Shown: one piece after another, positions 28,796 to 36,857 of the stretch | Position numbering within the stretch: the first letter of the stretch is position 1 | Layout of the letters: every line of letters begins with the position of its first letter | Sequence record: MW679410.1 | Strand: one strand, 5' to 3' | DNA: 64,000 nucleotides | Source of the DNA: Escherichia phage C6 | The notes under the pieces: model-generated | The model's database searches: none | Seen by the model: only the letters and a program-made list of their open reading frames with translations | Told to the model about the DNA's origin: nothing | Position numbers and translations under genes: made by a program

Positions 28796-30880
28796 TTACC
28801 CTTGGATGAATTTTTCTGGGATGTCATAGAGGTCTATGCATGAAGCCAAAAGAGGCAGTACATCAAACCGTGTAGATTTAACAAATGAATCAAAAGATAC
28901 AGGGCTTTCGGAAGTATCGAAGTCATCTTGATATACGACCAACTCGCCGGTTTCCATTAGTACGTCACCATCATATACCACAGATTCTTGAAGCTCATCT
29001 GTTGTCATAACTTCAGCTTGGATGAGTTTTGTATTACTAGATGTTGTTCCATCATTATTAGAAGCATCTGTTATTTTATTAACTTTGACCATTAATCCAC
29101 GCGGTAGAATAACTTCGGCTTCAGTTGCTATTCCGAGATTTCCTGGATATACTACATTAACTTTATGAGCCCCATCAATAGCCCATCCTATTTGAACTTT
29201 AACGTAATCAGGATTTTCCTTATACGCCCTTATTTCATTAGGGTTAATAGTTATTCCTTCTTCATTTTTATCGACTGTCAATTCATTACGAACTTCCGGT
29301 TCTAAAAGACCGATACCAGCGTGTGTAACACCAAATCGTCCAAAAATGATAGGGGTTAAAGAAGTAGATACAAAATTTCTGAAATAGAACACTTTATTTT
29401 TAACTAGTGCTTCGTATATAGGAGCAGTCATACTCTGTGCACGATAAACTGTAATGCCTTCTGGTATACGGTCACCATTTTCAAAAGCAGAATCCAAATT
29501 ATTAACTGCAGATTCGATATCTTTTTCGCTCATAACCTCATAGTTCTGAGGATTATAACGTCCTAAAAGAAGATTATTTATGTCTGTATATCCTGAACCA
29601 CAATATTCTCTGATGCCGCGCTTTTGTGATGGGGTATATTTAGAGCCCTCACGAGCAATAGTAATATCGACCATAATACCACCACCCACACCAGCAAAAC
29701 TATATACACGTTTTTTAATGAACTTGGTCTTGGCGGCTTTCCACTTCGCATCGGTCAATTCATTCCAGAGGTCGTCAGGTTGGCCTTTACGAGTTTTGTT
29801 ATGCCGGGCCAGCCATTCACCTTTGTATTCTTCGAAAACGGTATTAATAGCAGAGGCATATTTTTCTAGAGCTTTAACAGATGTCAAAGGTTCGTTTTTG
29901 ATGGCCGTAAGAATTTTATCTTTAATTTTCTCTTGGATTTCACCTATACCGTGAAGAGGAAACATTTTATAATCGTAATGCAATTCTTCAGCAGTGCCTT
30001 CAGCCACTATATTAGCAACCTTATTTTTAGCCGCAGGAGAATTGTTATTAGTAACCATTTCCTGAGCCTCAGGGATTAATGGAACTGTTGCTGGTTTATT
30101 AAAATCCGCTGCAGTAGCTTCATATTTCTTAAACAATTCACTTTCATTACGATAAGATTCCAATGATTGGCTTGCTGCAATAGCACGTCGCGAAATCTTA
30201 GTCTTGGTTATAACCATTTTATCAGTGCGACGTTCTTCAACCTTAGCAATACTGCCGGCAATAGCAGTTTCTTTAGTAACCTGCACACCTTCTTTTTTGG
30301 AAATATAAACTTCACCGACATCAGAATCTACCTTAGTGTATAATTCGGAATTAATTCCTGGCATACCTTTGATATCTTCGATATCAGCTTGTTTACGAAC
30401 TACTAAGATGTAAGTATGTTTACCGGTAAATTGGTACATAGCCGGAACTACTTTAAAACGTCCACCAGTTTTCTGTGCTACCAAACGTTGGATAATCCGT
30501 TGGACAATAGGTCCTTGTCCTTTCATTTTCTTGGTAGGAAAACGGAACATCACGGCATCCATACGAAGCTTTTTAACTTGGTCATAAACCACATCAAAAA
30601 TAGTATTAATCGCATCTACGGGAGTAGGGCCAAGGCCACCCTTAAGTTCGGCCGGAGTACCTTTAGCTGAAAGGCTCATAAGGATAACGTGGGCATATTT
30701 ATCACCCATTTTAACTTGTTTAATAGCATCACCTTCAGAAGCGTAGGATACCATACGCGCGACCAATTGGGATTCAACGTCTCCAATTTTCCAAATCTGG
30801 GGTACTTTAAGTTTAGGGTTCAAGTTTACTGTAGGCAGAGTGCCTTCGGACTCAAACACTTCATTTAATTGTTCGGTCAT
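28796..30880 (-). CDS. alt: Alt-type ADP-ribosyltransferase paralog C (first in the array)
   Basis: 694 aa; same architecture (MTEQLNEVFE..., VYRAQS, FVSTSL, EAEVILPRG, C-terminal ...PLLASCIDLYDIPEKFIQG); N-domain more diverged than A/B. Confidence 0.85.
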   Translation of the reverse strand: MTEQLNEVFESEGTLPTVNLNPKLKVPQIWKIGDVESQLVARMVSYASEGDAIKQVKMGDKYAHVILMSLSAKGTPAELKGGLGPTPVDAINTIFDVVYDQVKKLRMDAVMFRFPTKKMKGQGPIVQRIIQRLVAQKTGGRFKVVPAMYQFTGKHTYILVVRKQADIEDIKGMPGINSELYTKVDSDVGEVYISKKEGVQVTKETAIAGSIAKVEERRTDKMVITKTKISRRAIAASQSLESYRNESELFKKYEATAADFNKPATVPLIPEAQEMVTNNNSPAAKNKVANIVAEGTAEELHYDYKMFPLHGIGEIQEKIKDKILTAIKNEPLTSVKALEKYASAINTVFEEYKGEWLARHNKTRKGQPDDLWNELTDAKWKAAKTKFIKKRVYSFAGVGGGIMVDITIAREGSKYTPSQKRGIREYCGSGYTDINNLLLGRYNPQNYEVMSEKDIESAVNNLDSAFENGDRIPEGITVYRAQSMTAPIYEALVKNKVFYFRNFVSTSLTPIIFGRFGVTHAGIGLLEPEVRNELTVDKNEEGITINPNEIRAYKENPDYVKVQIGWAIDGAHKVNVVYPGNLGIATEAEVILPRGLMVKVNKITDASNNDGTTSSNTKLIQAEVMTTDELQESVVYDGDVLMETGELVVYQDDFDTSESPVSFDSFVKSTRFDVLPLLASCIDLYDIPEKFIQG

Positions 30881-30902
30881 AATAATTCCTCTTTAATAAC
30901 CT

Positions 30903-30932
30903 TATTTATGCCAGAAAAGGCCCGAAGGCCTT
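30903..30932 (-). promoter_or_regulatory. Hairpin (AAGGCC-CGAA-GGCCTT) plus variant late-promoter-like box upstream of the alt array
   Basis: Palindromic GC hairpin followed on the minus strand by UUUUCUGG, then cATAAATA (one mismatch to TATAAATA) about 20 nt before the first alt ATG. Confidence 0.4.
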
Positions 30933-31113
30933 AAAGTGGTAGCAACGTACGGTATACTTCAAATTTAGGACCCTTTTCATAGCGGTCGAAATTATCTTTA
31001 AAATCGGCGAACGCGATTTCATTTTCAAATTCAAGGACAATTTGGGACACCGCAGTGGAGACATCGCCACCTTCTTTATATCCAATAACCACGGTTTCTA
31101 AATAAACTTTCAT
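30931..31113 (-). CDS. Hypothetical small protein, 60 aa
   Basis: ORF directly downstream of ligase; start placed at the Met 1 nt after the ligase stop (TAA-T-ATG); the ORF-track start 31155 would overlap ligase by 41 nt; hairpin at 30917-30932 follows. Confidence 0.45.
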   Translation of the reverse strand: MKVYLETVVIGYKEGGDVSTAVSQIVLEFENEIAFADFKDNFDRYEKGPKFEVYRTLLPL

Positions 31114-31114
31114 A

Positions 31115-32638
31115 TTATAACCCAGTTTGAGACCAATCACCGAATACATCTTCAAATGTATCAGCTTCTGTTTTATCGAAACGCCAACCTTTAATAATTG
31201 GAAGGAAAATACCTACGGTATCAGTACGTCCTTTAGAATGAACCCAACCATTACATTCACAGTCGGCAATACGGCCAATCAATTTACCTTCACGAGCTTG
31301 TTTCATAAGAAGTTCACGGTCTAAATCAGGACGGTCTTCCAATGGAATCAATACCTTTTTACCTGATTTATCTTTCTTATGGGTAGTATCTTTAAAGCCT
31401 GAACCACAGTCACTTGTAATTCGACGACAACGTGATACCAACTCGACACCACCTAGTTTGTTAGGGTCCTTCGAGTGTTCATAATAACCTACCACTTCTA
31501 AAGCAATATCAATTACTTCTTTGAACTTGATAAGATTCTTAGAACGGCGGTTTTCCCAGTAGGAGTCCATGTTCTTAAGGATAATACCTTCCAGGCCCTG
31601 GTCGACATATTTCTTATAAACGACTTTAGCTTCTTCAAGATTATTAACCCACTGGTTTTCGATAGCTTCAACACGCGTTGTACCATGCAATACGACATTA
31701 TGAGCAACCATAAGTTCTAAGGCTGTAAAGCGTACATCATACTTATCGCCTTTAATTTTACCTTCGGAATATACGACATCCAATGGGACATAATCCCACG
31801 CCTGTAATACCATACCAGCGGCTTCGGTCGGAGTAATAGTTCCTTGAAGAGCCTTGTTAGCCAAGCCGTTTGACGTGGAACGATCGGCGACAGTTTGGAA
31901 TTCCTTAGCCTTACTTAATTCAGGAAGTTCCTCATCAAACATACTAAACAAATCATTAGATGCTTTAGGTTCTACCTTAGGAGTATGGTAAACTAATTCG
32001 CCGTCAATCATAACACCATTAGGATGGCGTTGTCGAGCTTCTTCGGTCATGGTCATTAATTCAGCAGCCAAAAGATTAAGCCCTTGATATTCGTTACCAC
32101 CACGAGTAAGGAATGTCACACCATCGTTACGAACTTCAGCAAAACAACGAGCGCCATCAGCTTTTAATTGGGCAAACGCAGGCCATTTAATATTTTTCTT
32201 AATCAAAGCTTCATCATAAGAACTAGCCAACATCTGCGGTTGTTCAGGGATTAAACCTTTCCAAACCTTGTTAGCAATAGAAATTGATGCACCACATTCA
32301 AGGTCACGCATCATTACACGACGTAATACCTCGGCATCTTGTCCCTTAGCATCAGCAATGATTTGAGCCAGTTCTTCAATAGCTGCATTACCCGTAATCT
32401 TACGTGTGGCTAATGTGAATTCAGCGAAATCAAGAAGGTCTTCAAGAGTAATCATACCAAAGGATTGAGACGTAAATCCAGGTTCCGGCCACTTTTTAAT
32501 GCCATAGTTCAAACGACGAGTATAAGCCATACGATAAACACGTTTCAGAAGCTCATTGTCCTTTTCACGAGCAATAATAGCTTCTTTAGCTTTAGTAGAA
32601 TCAATAGCAGCAATTTCGTTTAAAATATCTAAAATCAT
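31115..32638 (-). CDS. 30: ATP-dependent DNA ligase gp30
   Basis: 507 aa; MILDILNEIAAIDSTKAKEAIIAREKDNELLKRVY...QLKADGARCFAEV (adenylation KxDG motif)...LEGIILKN matches T4 DNA ligase. Confidence 0.95.
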   Translation of the reverse strand: MILDILNEIAAIDSTKAKEAIIAREKDNELLKRVYRMAYTRRLNYGIKKWPEPGFTSQSFGMITLEDLLDFAEFTLATRKITGNAAIEELAQIIADAKGQDAEVLRRVMMRDLECGASISIANKVWKGLIPEQPQMLASSYDEALIKKNIKWPAFAQLKADGARCFAEVRNDGVTFLTRGGNEYQGLNLLAAELMTMTEEARQRHPNGVMIDGELVYHTPKVEPKASNDLFSMFDEELPELSKAKEFQTVADRSTSNGLANKALQGTITPTEAAGMVLQAWDYVPLDVVYSEGKIKGDKYDVRFTALELMVAHNVVLHGTTRVEAIENQWVNNLEEAKVVYKKYVDQGLEGIILKNMDSYWENRRSKNLIKFKEVIDIALEVVGYYEHSKDPNKLGGVELVSRCRRITSDCGSGFKDTTHKKDKSGKKVLIPLEDRPDLDRELLMKQAREGKLIGRIADCECNGWVHSKGRTDTVGIFLPIIKGWRFDKTEADTFEDVFGDWSQTGL

Positions 32639-32898
32639 TTTACCGTCCTTACAGTTTGGGTACTTCTATTATAAGCCACTTCATCTAAAAGCTCATTTAA
32701 AGTTTTGTGATACGATATAATACGCTTATCTTTAATATCATATTCAGTAACATACATAAATCCACGCCGAACACATTGGATAAAGATATCTTCATCTTTG
32801 GCTTGGAAATATACAGGGTTCAATCGAAGGAATTGTCTAACGTTTCCATAATCATGGGATTTAGGGGTCCCATCAGTAATAGTATGAACTACAAACAT
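32635..32898 (-). CDS. Hypothetical early protein (30.1 position)
   Basis: ORF upstream of ligase; start placed at the Met at 32898 (TAA-T-ATG after the preceding gene); ORF-track start 32931 is the alternative. Confidence 0.5.
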   Translation of the reverse strand: MFVVHTITDGTPKSHDYGNVRQFLRLNPVYFQAKDEDIFIQCVRRGFMYVTEYDIKDKRIISYHKTLNELLDEVAYNRSTQTVRTVK

Positions 32899-32899
32899 A

Positions 32900-33538
32900 T
32901 TAACCTCGAGCAATCCATTCAACTGCGGCATTATTACGAAGGGATTCGATTGCTGCGATATCGTCCCATGAATTAACCTTTACGGCCAAATTAGGTTTAA
33001 AGTCGCGTTCACCACGAGCTAACCAATAAACTTGGATATCCATGAGAACATTAGATGCTGCATCGCAATGATGAGCCAAATCATCAACATAAAACTTAAT
33101 ACGTTTACCGTACGTATTTTTAGCTCTTATGAAGAGGTCTTCTTTTGATTCTGAATGACCGCACATCAGAATCTCCTTGAATGCGCCAGGGAACAAAGCA
33201 TTCAAATTGAATTGTCTATTCAGCAGGGCATCAATTGAGTCGCCTAGCGCAGTCACGGCTACAAAATCGAAGTCTTTTTTGAGCTTGTTGATATGTTTTA
33301 GTGCGTCCATGTAAGGAGACAGATAACGAATAAAATCTGACTGATTATATTTCTCGATTAAACGAGCGCCCAATTCATTATCACAATTAAACAGCTCGCC
33401 TGGAGATAAGAACCGTTCGTCCTGAATCATATTCAAAATATGTTCTAAAGGCAAATTATATTTCTGTGCGAAATAAGGCAAGCCGGACTGCCAACTTAAA
33501 CATACTCCATCGATATCTGTTAAGATAACTGGTTTCAT
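32900..33538 (-). CDS. HAD-superfamily hydrolase, putative phosphatase or nucleotidase
   Basis: 212 aa; N-terminal VILTDIDGV (HAD motif I DxDG) and a DD pair near the C-terminal third. Confidence 0.7.
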   Translation of the reverse strand: MKPVILTDIDGVCLSWQSGLPYFAQKYNLPLEHILNMIQDERFLSPGELFNCDNELGARLIEKYNQSDFIRYLSPYMDALKHINKLKKDFDFVAVTALGDSIDALLNRQFNLNALFPGAFKEILMCGHSESKEDLFIRAKNTYGKRIKFYVDDLAHHCDAASNVLMDIQVYWLARGERDFKPNLAVKVNSWDDIAAIESLRNNAAVEWIARG

Positions 33539-34002
33539 AATAAATCTCTCAATTTGTTTAGGATGTCGATAAACTCTTTTTCAGTTAGTATTGTATCACA
33601 TTCTGTAAGGTGGCTTGCCATCGAATGCTTTAAAACTTTACCTTTTGTGGATTGTAACGCATCGCGGAATCCTTTGTTCTGGAGCGCTGCTTCAAAATAC
33701 GCACTTTCGTAAAGCTCTTTCCACGCTTCGGAATATCTTGAAAACGGAGTTCCAAGCCAGAACAACGTGCCACGGTCCTGAGCTCTAGCATAAGCTCGAC
33801 CAGCTTTTTGCGCGTCTAACCCGGACATCCCAAATATACGTCTTTGCTGTTCAACATTTTTCACCTTACATCCTTGGAGGAATCCTTCGAGTCCACCAAA
33901 TTGGATACCATCCATAACGAAAGGCCATTTAGCAAAGTTACTTAATGCACATGATGGCCATGGGAAGTTGCTTCTAATTTCTAATTCAGACATCTTTGAC
34001 AC
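33535..34002 (-). CDS. NADAR/YbiA-like domain protein
   Basis: 155 aa; LSNFAKWPFVMDGIQFGGLEGFLQGCK parallels the E. coli YbiA core FSNFAAWPIKVDGKTWPTSEHYFQAQK (recalled from memory). Confidence 0.7.
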   Translation of the reverse strand: MSKMSELEIRSNFPWPSCALSNFAKWPFVMDGIQFGGLEGFLQGCKVKNVEQQRRIFGMSGLDAQKAGRAYARAQDRGTLFWLGTPFSRYSEAWKELYESAYFEAALQNKGFRDALQSTKGKVLKHSMASHLTECDTILTEKEFIDILNKLRDLL

Positions 34003-34198
34003 TTATAATTTCAACATCAGCCCAATGACCATAACCAGGTAGACGGTCTTTAATAGATAATCCACCGTCAAATTTCAGCATTTTAATTGTTTTAGTATAT
34101 GGTTCAATATTTCGGGCCCATGGACTCACGTCTGTCACACGATAAGTAACTTCGACCATTTCTGTGCCCAAAATTTTCTGAATCAGTTTCTTAAACAT
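33986..34198 (-). CDS. Hypothetical early protein, 70 aa
   Basis: Tightly packed ORF in the 30.x cluster; no recognisable motif. Confidence 0.5.
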   Translation of the reverse strand: MFKKLIQKILGTEMVEVTYRVTDVSPWARNIEPYTKTIKMLKFDGGLSIKDRLPGYGHWADVEIISVKDV

Positions 34199-34199
34199 A

Positions 34200-34394
34200 T
34201 TATCCTCGCTTTAAACATTTAATTACAGACAGTTCACCACCCATGCGAACATCTTCAGTTCCATCGACCCATAGGACGGTGTAGGCTTCTTTAATAGTAA
34301 CATTACCTAATTTAAAAGCAGGTAGAACCTTTGAAATCATTCCAGGAATACCTATACCCTTTAATTGGACCGTTTGCGATAAGAATAGTTGCAT
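34200..34394 (-). CDS. Hypothetical early protein, 64 aa
   Basis: Tightly packed ORF; no recognisable motif. Confidence 0.45.
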   Translation of the reverse strand: MQLFLSQTVQLKGIGIPGMISKVLPAFKLGNVTIKEAYTVLWVDGTEDVRMGGELSVIKCLKRG

Positions 34395-34714
34395 TAGAAC
34401 CTCATCTGAAAGCCGTGTGATTTAACATTACCACCATAGATGTCAGACGTATTGACTTCACGTGCAACACTCGGGTCGATATTGATATCACGGTTGAGCT
34501 TAGTGATTGCTAGGGTATCACGACCATTAACAGTACGGAATTCTACCGGGCATACAACATCAGCGTAAGCCTTAATAGATTCACGAGTAGGTTGTTTGTC
34601 GGCAGGAACATCTTTACTTGCTTTAGAGAAAACAACTTCACAGAAATTTTTACGAGTGTCGAAATAAGTGGTCATAAACATAATATTTTCCTCAAAGGAG
34701 GCCGAAGCCTCCAT
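34394..34714 (-). CDS. Hypothetical early protein, about 106 aa
   Basis: ORF with ATGA overlap onto the downstream gene; start uncertain (internal Met candidates). Confidence 0.5.
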   Translation of the reverse strand: MEASASFEENIMFMTTYFDTRKNFCEVVFSKASKDVPADKQPTRESIKAYADVVCPVEFRTVNGRDTLAITKLNRDINIDPSVAREVNTSDIYGGNVKSHGFQMRF

Positions 34715-34722
34715 TTTTAAGA

Positions 34723-35088
34723 TTAGATATCGAATTCGTTCAGAACTACATCAAAGATTGCTTCCAGGTGTTCAGGTTTAGCTCTGTTGCTCAGGATGTG
34801 TCGAATCCAAGTTTTAACCAGAAGCTTACGATTAACACCGTTCCAGCAAGGATGGGTACCTAAATCACGTTGACGGAAATCATCATCTAAAGCGATTTTA
34901 AAAGTAGAACCTTCCATTGTGATTGAAACCGTAATACCATTTTCAAAGCGCATATAAACGTAGTTAGGAGTCATGCACTGCTCGATTTCGCACACCGTGC
35001 CGTTGTTGTGTTTCCACAGGCAAATAACTTCAGAAGAACCAGCGATACCGTTAGAAACATATTTACGTTCGAAGTTGATGTAGTTCAT
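34723..35088 (-). CDS. Hypothetical early protein, 121 aa
   Basis: ORF preceded by an early-promoter cassette at 35130-35158 and the leader ...GGAGAATAAAATG. Confidence 0.6.
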   Translation of the reverse strand: MNYINFERKYVSNGIAGSSEVICLWKHNNGTVCEIEQCMTPNYVYMRFENGITVSITMEGSTFKIALDDDFRQRDLGTHPCWNGVNRKLLVKTWIRHILSNRAKPEHLEAIFDVVLNEFDI

Positions 35089-35118
35089 TTTATTCTCCAG
35101 TTTGTTTTCGTATTATTT

Positions 35119-35158
35119 GGTACAGGTCTATAATAACACAACCTGTACCAAAGTAAAC
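35119..35158 (-). promoter_or_regulatory. Early promoter cassette with stem-loop over the -10 box (PeSL-like)
   Basis: Minus strand GTTTAC, 17-nt spacer, TATTAT; inverted repeat GGTACAGG...CCTGTACC brackets the -10; leader ...GGAGAATAAAATG. Confidence 0.55.
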
Positions 35159-35162
35159 TGTT

Positions 35163-35531
35163 TTATGCAACTTTAATCCAATTATCTAAATTTAATTCAC
35201 CTTTGGCTTTCATTTTTTCAATCAAATCGTCAGCAGTAGTGCGACCATTTTGATACCATGTAACATCTTCAGAATAACCAGTTTCTTCATCTTCATAGGT
35301 CTTACAACGAATCTTACCGATTATGATGGTTTTCAGTTCGTAGGTATCACCGGTAAAAAAGTTTGTTACCATAATTTTCCAAGAGAAGTCATCAGAAGGA
35401 CCTTCCGGAGTCATGCAACCTACAAATTCAAATTGTTCTTTGTACAAGCGCCATTGCATTTCTTTAGTTTCGATTGCTTTGTAACCGTCGTGGTCTTTAC
35501 ATTTGATATATGAGTTAAGATTGATTTTCAT
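35163..35531 (-). CDS. Hypothetical early protein, 122 aa
   Basis: ORF preceded by a near-duplicate of the same promoter/leader cassette (35540-35601). Confidence 0.6.
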   Translation of the reverse strand: MKINLNSYIKCKDHDGYKAIETKEMQWRLYKEQFEFVGCMTPEGPSDDFSWKIMVTNFFTGDTYELKTIIIGKIRCKTYEDEETGYSEDVTWYQNGRTTADDLIEKMKAKGELNLDNWIKVA

Positions 35532-35539
35532 TTTATTCT

Positions 35540-35601
35540 CCAGTTTGTTTTCGTATTATTTGGTACATGTCTATAGTATCATGCCTACTAGAGATGTACA
35601 T
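35540..35601 (-). promoter_or_regulatory. Second copy of the promoter/leader cassette (degenerate -35)
   Basis: Near-duplicate of 35090-35160 (TTTTATTCTCCAGTTTGTTTTCGTATTATTTGGTACA.GTCTATA); -10 TACTAT, -35 region ATGTAC. Confidence 0.4.
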
Positions 35602-35643
35602 ACTTTTTTGCAAATAAAACGAAAAAAGGAACCCGAAGGTTCC

Positions 35644-36000
35644 TTACTTAATGATGATACGAGGATTAAGCTCTGCCGTGTAGTAATTTACAGCCTTAGT
35701 AACTATAGCTTCACCTTTAGGATTTGCCAGAACCCATTCACGGGCTCGTTTGTGAGCTTCTAATTCAGTCAATAATCCGGACCTTTGACACCCTCTGTCT
35801 TGGGTACCTGCTTCTGTTAAAAAAGCAACTAGGTAGATCGCGTTTTCATAAGGCGTGGCGGGCGGTACGTATACAGGCGGGCTTGGCGGGTTATATGCCG
35901 CGGGATGATGTGCCGGAATTCCATCATACGGCCCTGTACCTGGCACCGCGTAAGAGGCGCCGCGAGGAGAAGTAAATGTATGATTATATCTATCGTTCAT
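35644..36000 (-). CDS. Hypothetical proline-rich protein, 118 aa
   Basis: ORF with a Pro-rich N-terminal half (PAAYNPPSPPVYVPPATP); follows the terminator-like hairpin at 36019-36036. Confidence 0.5.
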   Translation of the reverse strand: MNDRYNHTFTSPRGASYAVPGTGPYDGIPAHHPAAYNPPSPPVYVPPATPYENAIYLVAFLTEAGTQDRGCQRSGLLTELEAHKRAREWVLANPKGEAIVTKAVNYYTAELNPRIIIK

Positions 36001-36010
36001 AATATTTCCT

Positions 36011-36036
36011 ACAAAAATGGGACTCCGAAGAGTCCC
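36011..36036 (-). terminator. Terminator after the 53-aa ORF
   Basis: GGGACTC-TTCG-GAGTCCC hairpin followed on the minus strand by AUUUUUG. Confidence 0.6.
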
Positions 36037-36041
36037 ATAAC

Positions 36042-36203
36042 TTATGCCTGAGGCTTACCAAAGCAAGCAGCATCTGCACGCAATACCGCACGAGCACGAG
36101 CTTGAAGCTTATCAACTACCTGATCGATACGCTTGTTGGACGCACGCTTGTAACCAGCGCGTTTAGAGGTACCGTCAACTACTTTAACTTCTTTCTTAGC
36201 CAT
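36042..36203 (-). CDS. Hypothetical small basic protein, 53 aa, not in the ORF track
   Basis: Manual translation MAKKEVKVVDGTSKRAGYKRASNKRIDQVVDKLQARARAVLRADAACFGKPQA; followed by a GC hairpin with UUCG loop and a U-run. Confidence 0.45.
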   Translation of the reverse strand: MAKKEVKVVDGTSKRAGYKRASNKRIDQVVDKLQARARAVLRADAACFGKPQA

Positions 36204-36470
36204 TTTAAATCTCTTAAATTAGAATGCAGGACTTATTGGCGTTGCCTGCGCAAGCCCTCAAGGGGAACATAGGTTTCGGATATTTAACGACAGGATAACC
36301 ATAAACCTCGTCATCATACCAACCACGGCTTAGACAGATAACCTTTTTCTGACGCGTGATAGTACAAAATACATTCAAGAGGTACACCGTAAAATTGTCG
36401 GGGCGGTACTTCTAAAACATACCGATTCGTAAATCGATAATCAGACAATTCGACGGCTCCTCGATTTAAC

Positions 36471-36719
36471 TTACTTCAGGGTAATAATAAAATGACGTAC
36501 TGCTTTACGAGCTGCTGAAGCCAAAGGCTTAGCAAATTTCAGTTCATCTTTAGCTTCCAGTTCAGCAGCCAGAGTAGCCTGAGCCGGATTCAGATGTTTG
36601 AAATAACGCAGGATTTCCAGTGCTTCGGCTTCAACATCAATAGATGCGCCGTAGTTTTCGTGACCGTTGTTCCAAGCGTTGCGTTGCAGTTCAAGAGCGT
36701 GATTCAGTTGTTTGTTCAT
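36471..36719 (-). CDS. rIII: rIII lysis-inhibition accessory protein
   Basis: 82 aa; MNKQLNHALELQRNAWNNGHENYGASIDVEAEALEILRYF... matches T4 rIII in sequence and length (from memory); adjacent to gene 31. Confidence 0.85.
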   Translation of the reverse strand: MNKQLNHALELQRNAWNNGHENYGASIDVEAEALEILRYFKHLNPAQATLAAELEAKDELKFAKPLASAARKAVRHFIITLK

Positions 36720-36857
36720 TTTAGTTTCTCAATTCGAGATAAAGATTGGCGAGCACGTTCGTCTCAGTATTTCCAGCTGAGTTGTATCTCGCCGTATGGA
36801 AGAGGCTAACCCCATACACCAACCGAAGTTCTGTATGACATCAACCTCTTCGTAATT

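Noticed and set aside
25796-30670. Plus-strand ORFs of 60-154 codons inside the alt array
   Set aside because: All are antisense to the Alt paralogs, which have clear protein-level conservation; they are repeated because the underlying alt sequence is repeated.
24620-30880. Possible CRISPR-like or mobile-element repeat array
   Set aside because: The roughly 2-kb periodic repeats are the conserved coding ends of three paralogous genes, not short direct repeats with spacers, and no transposase or integrase is nearby.
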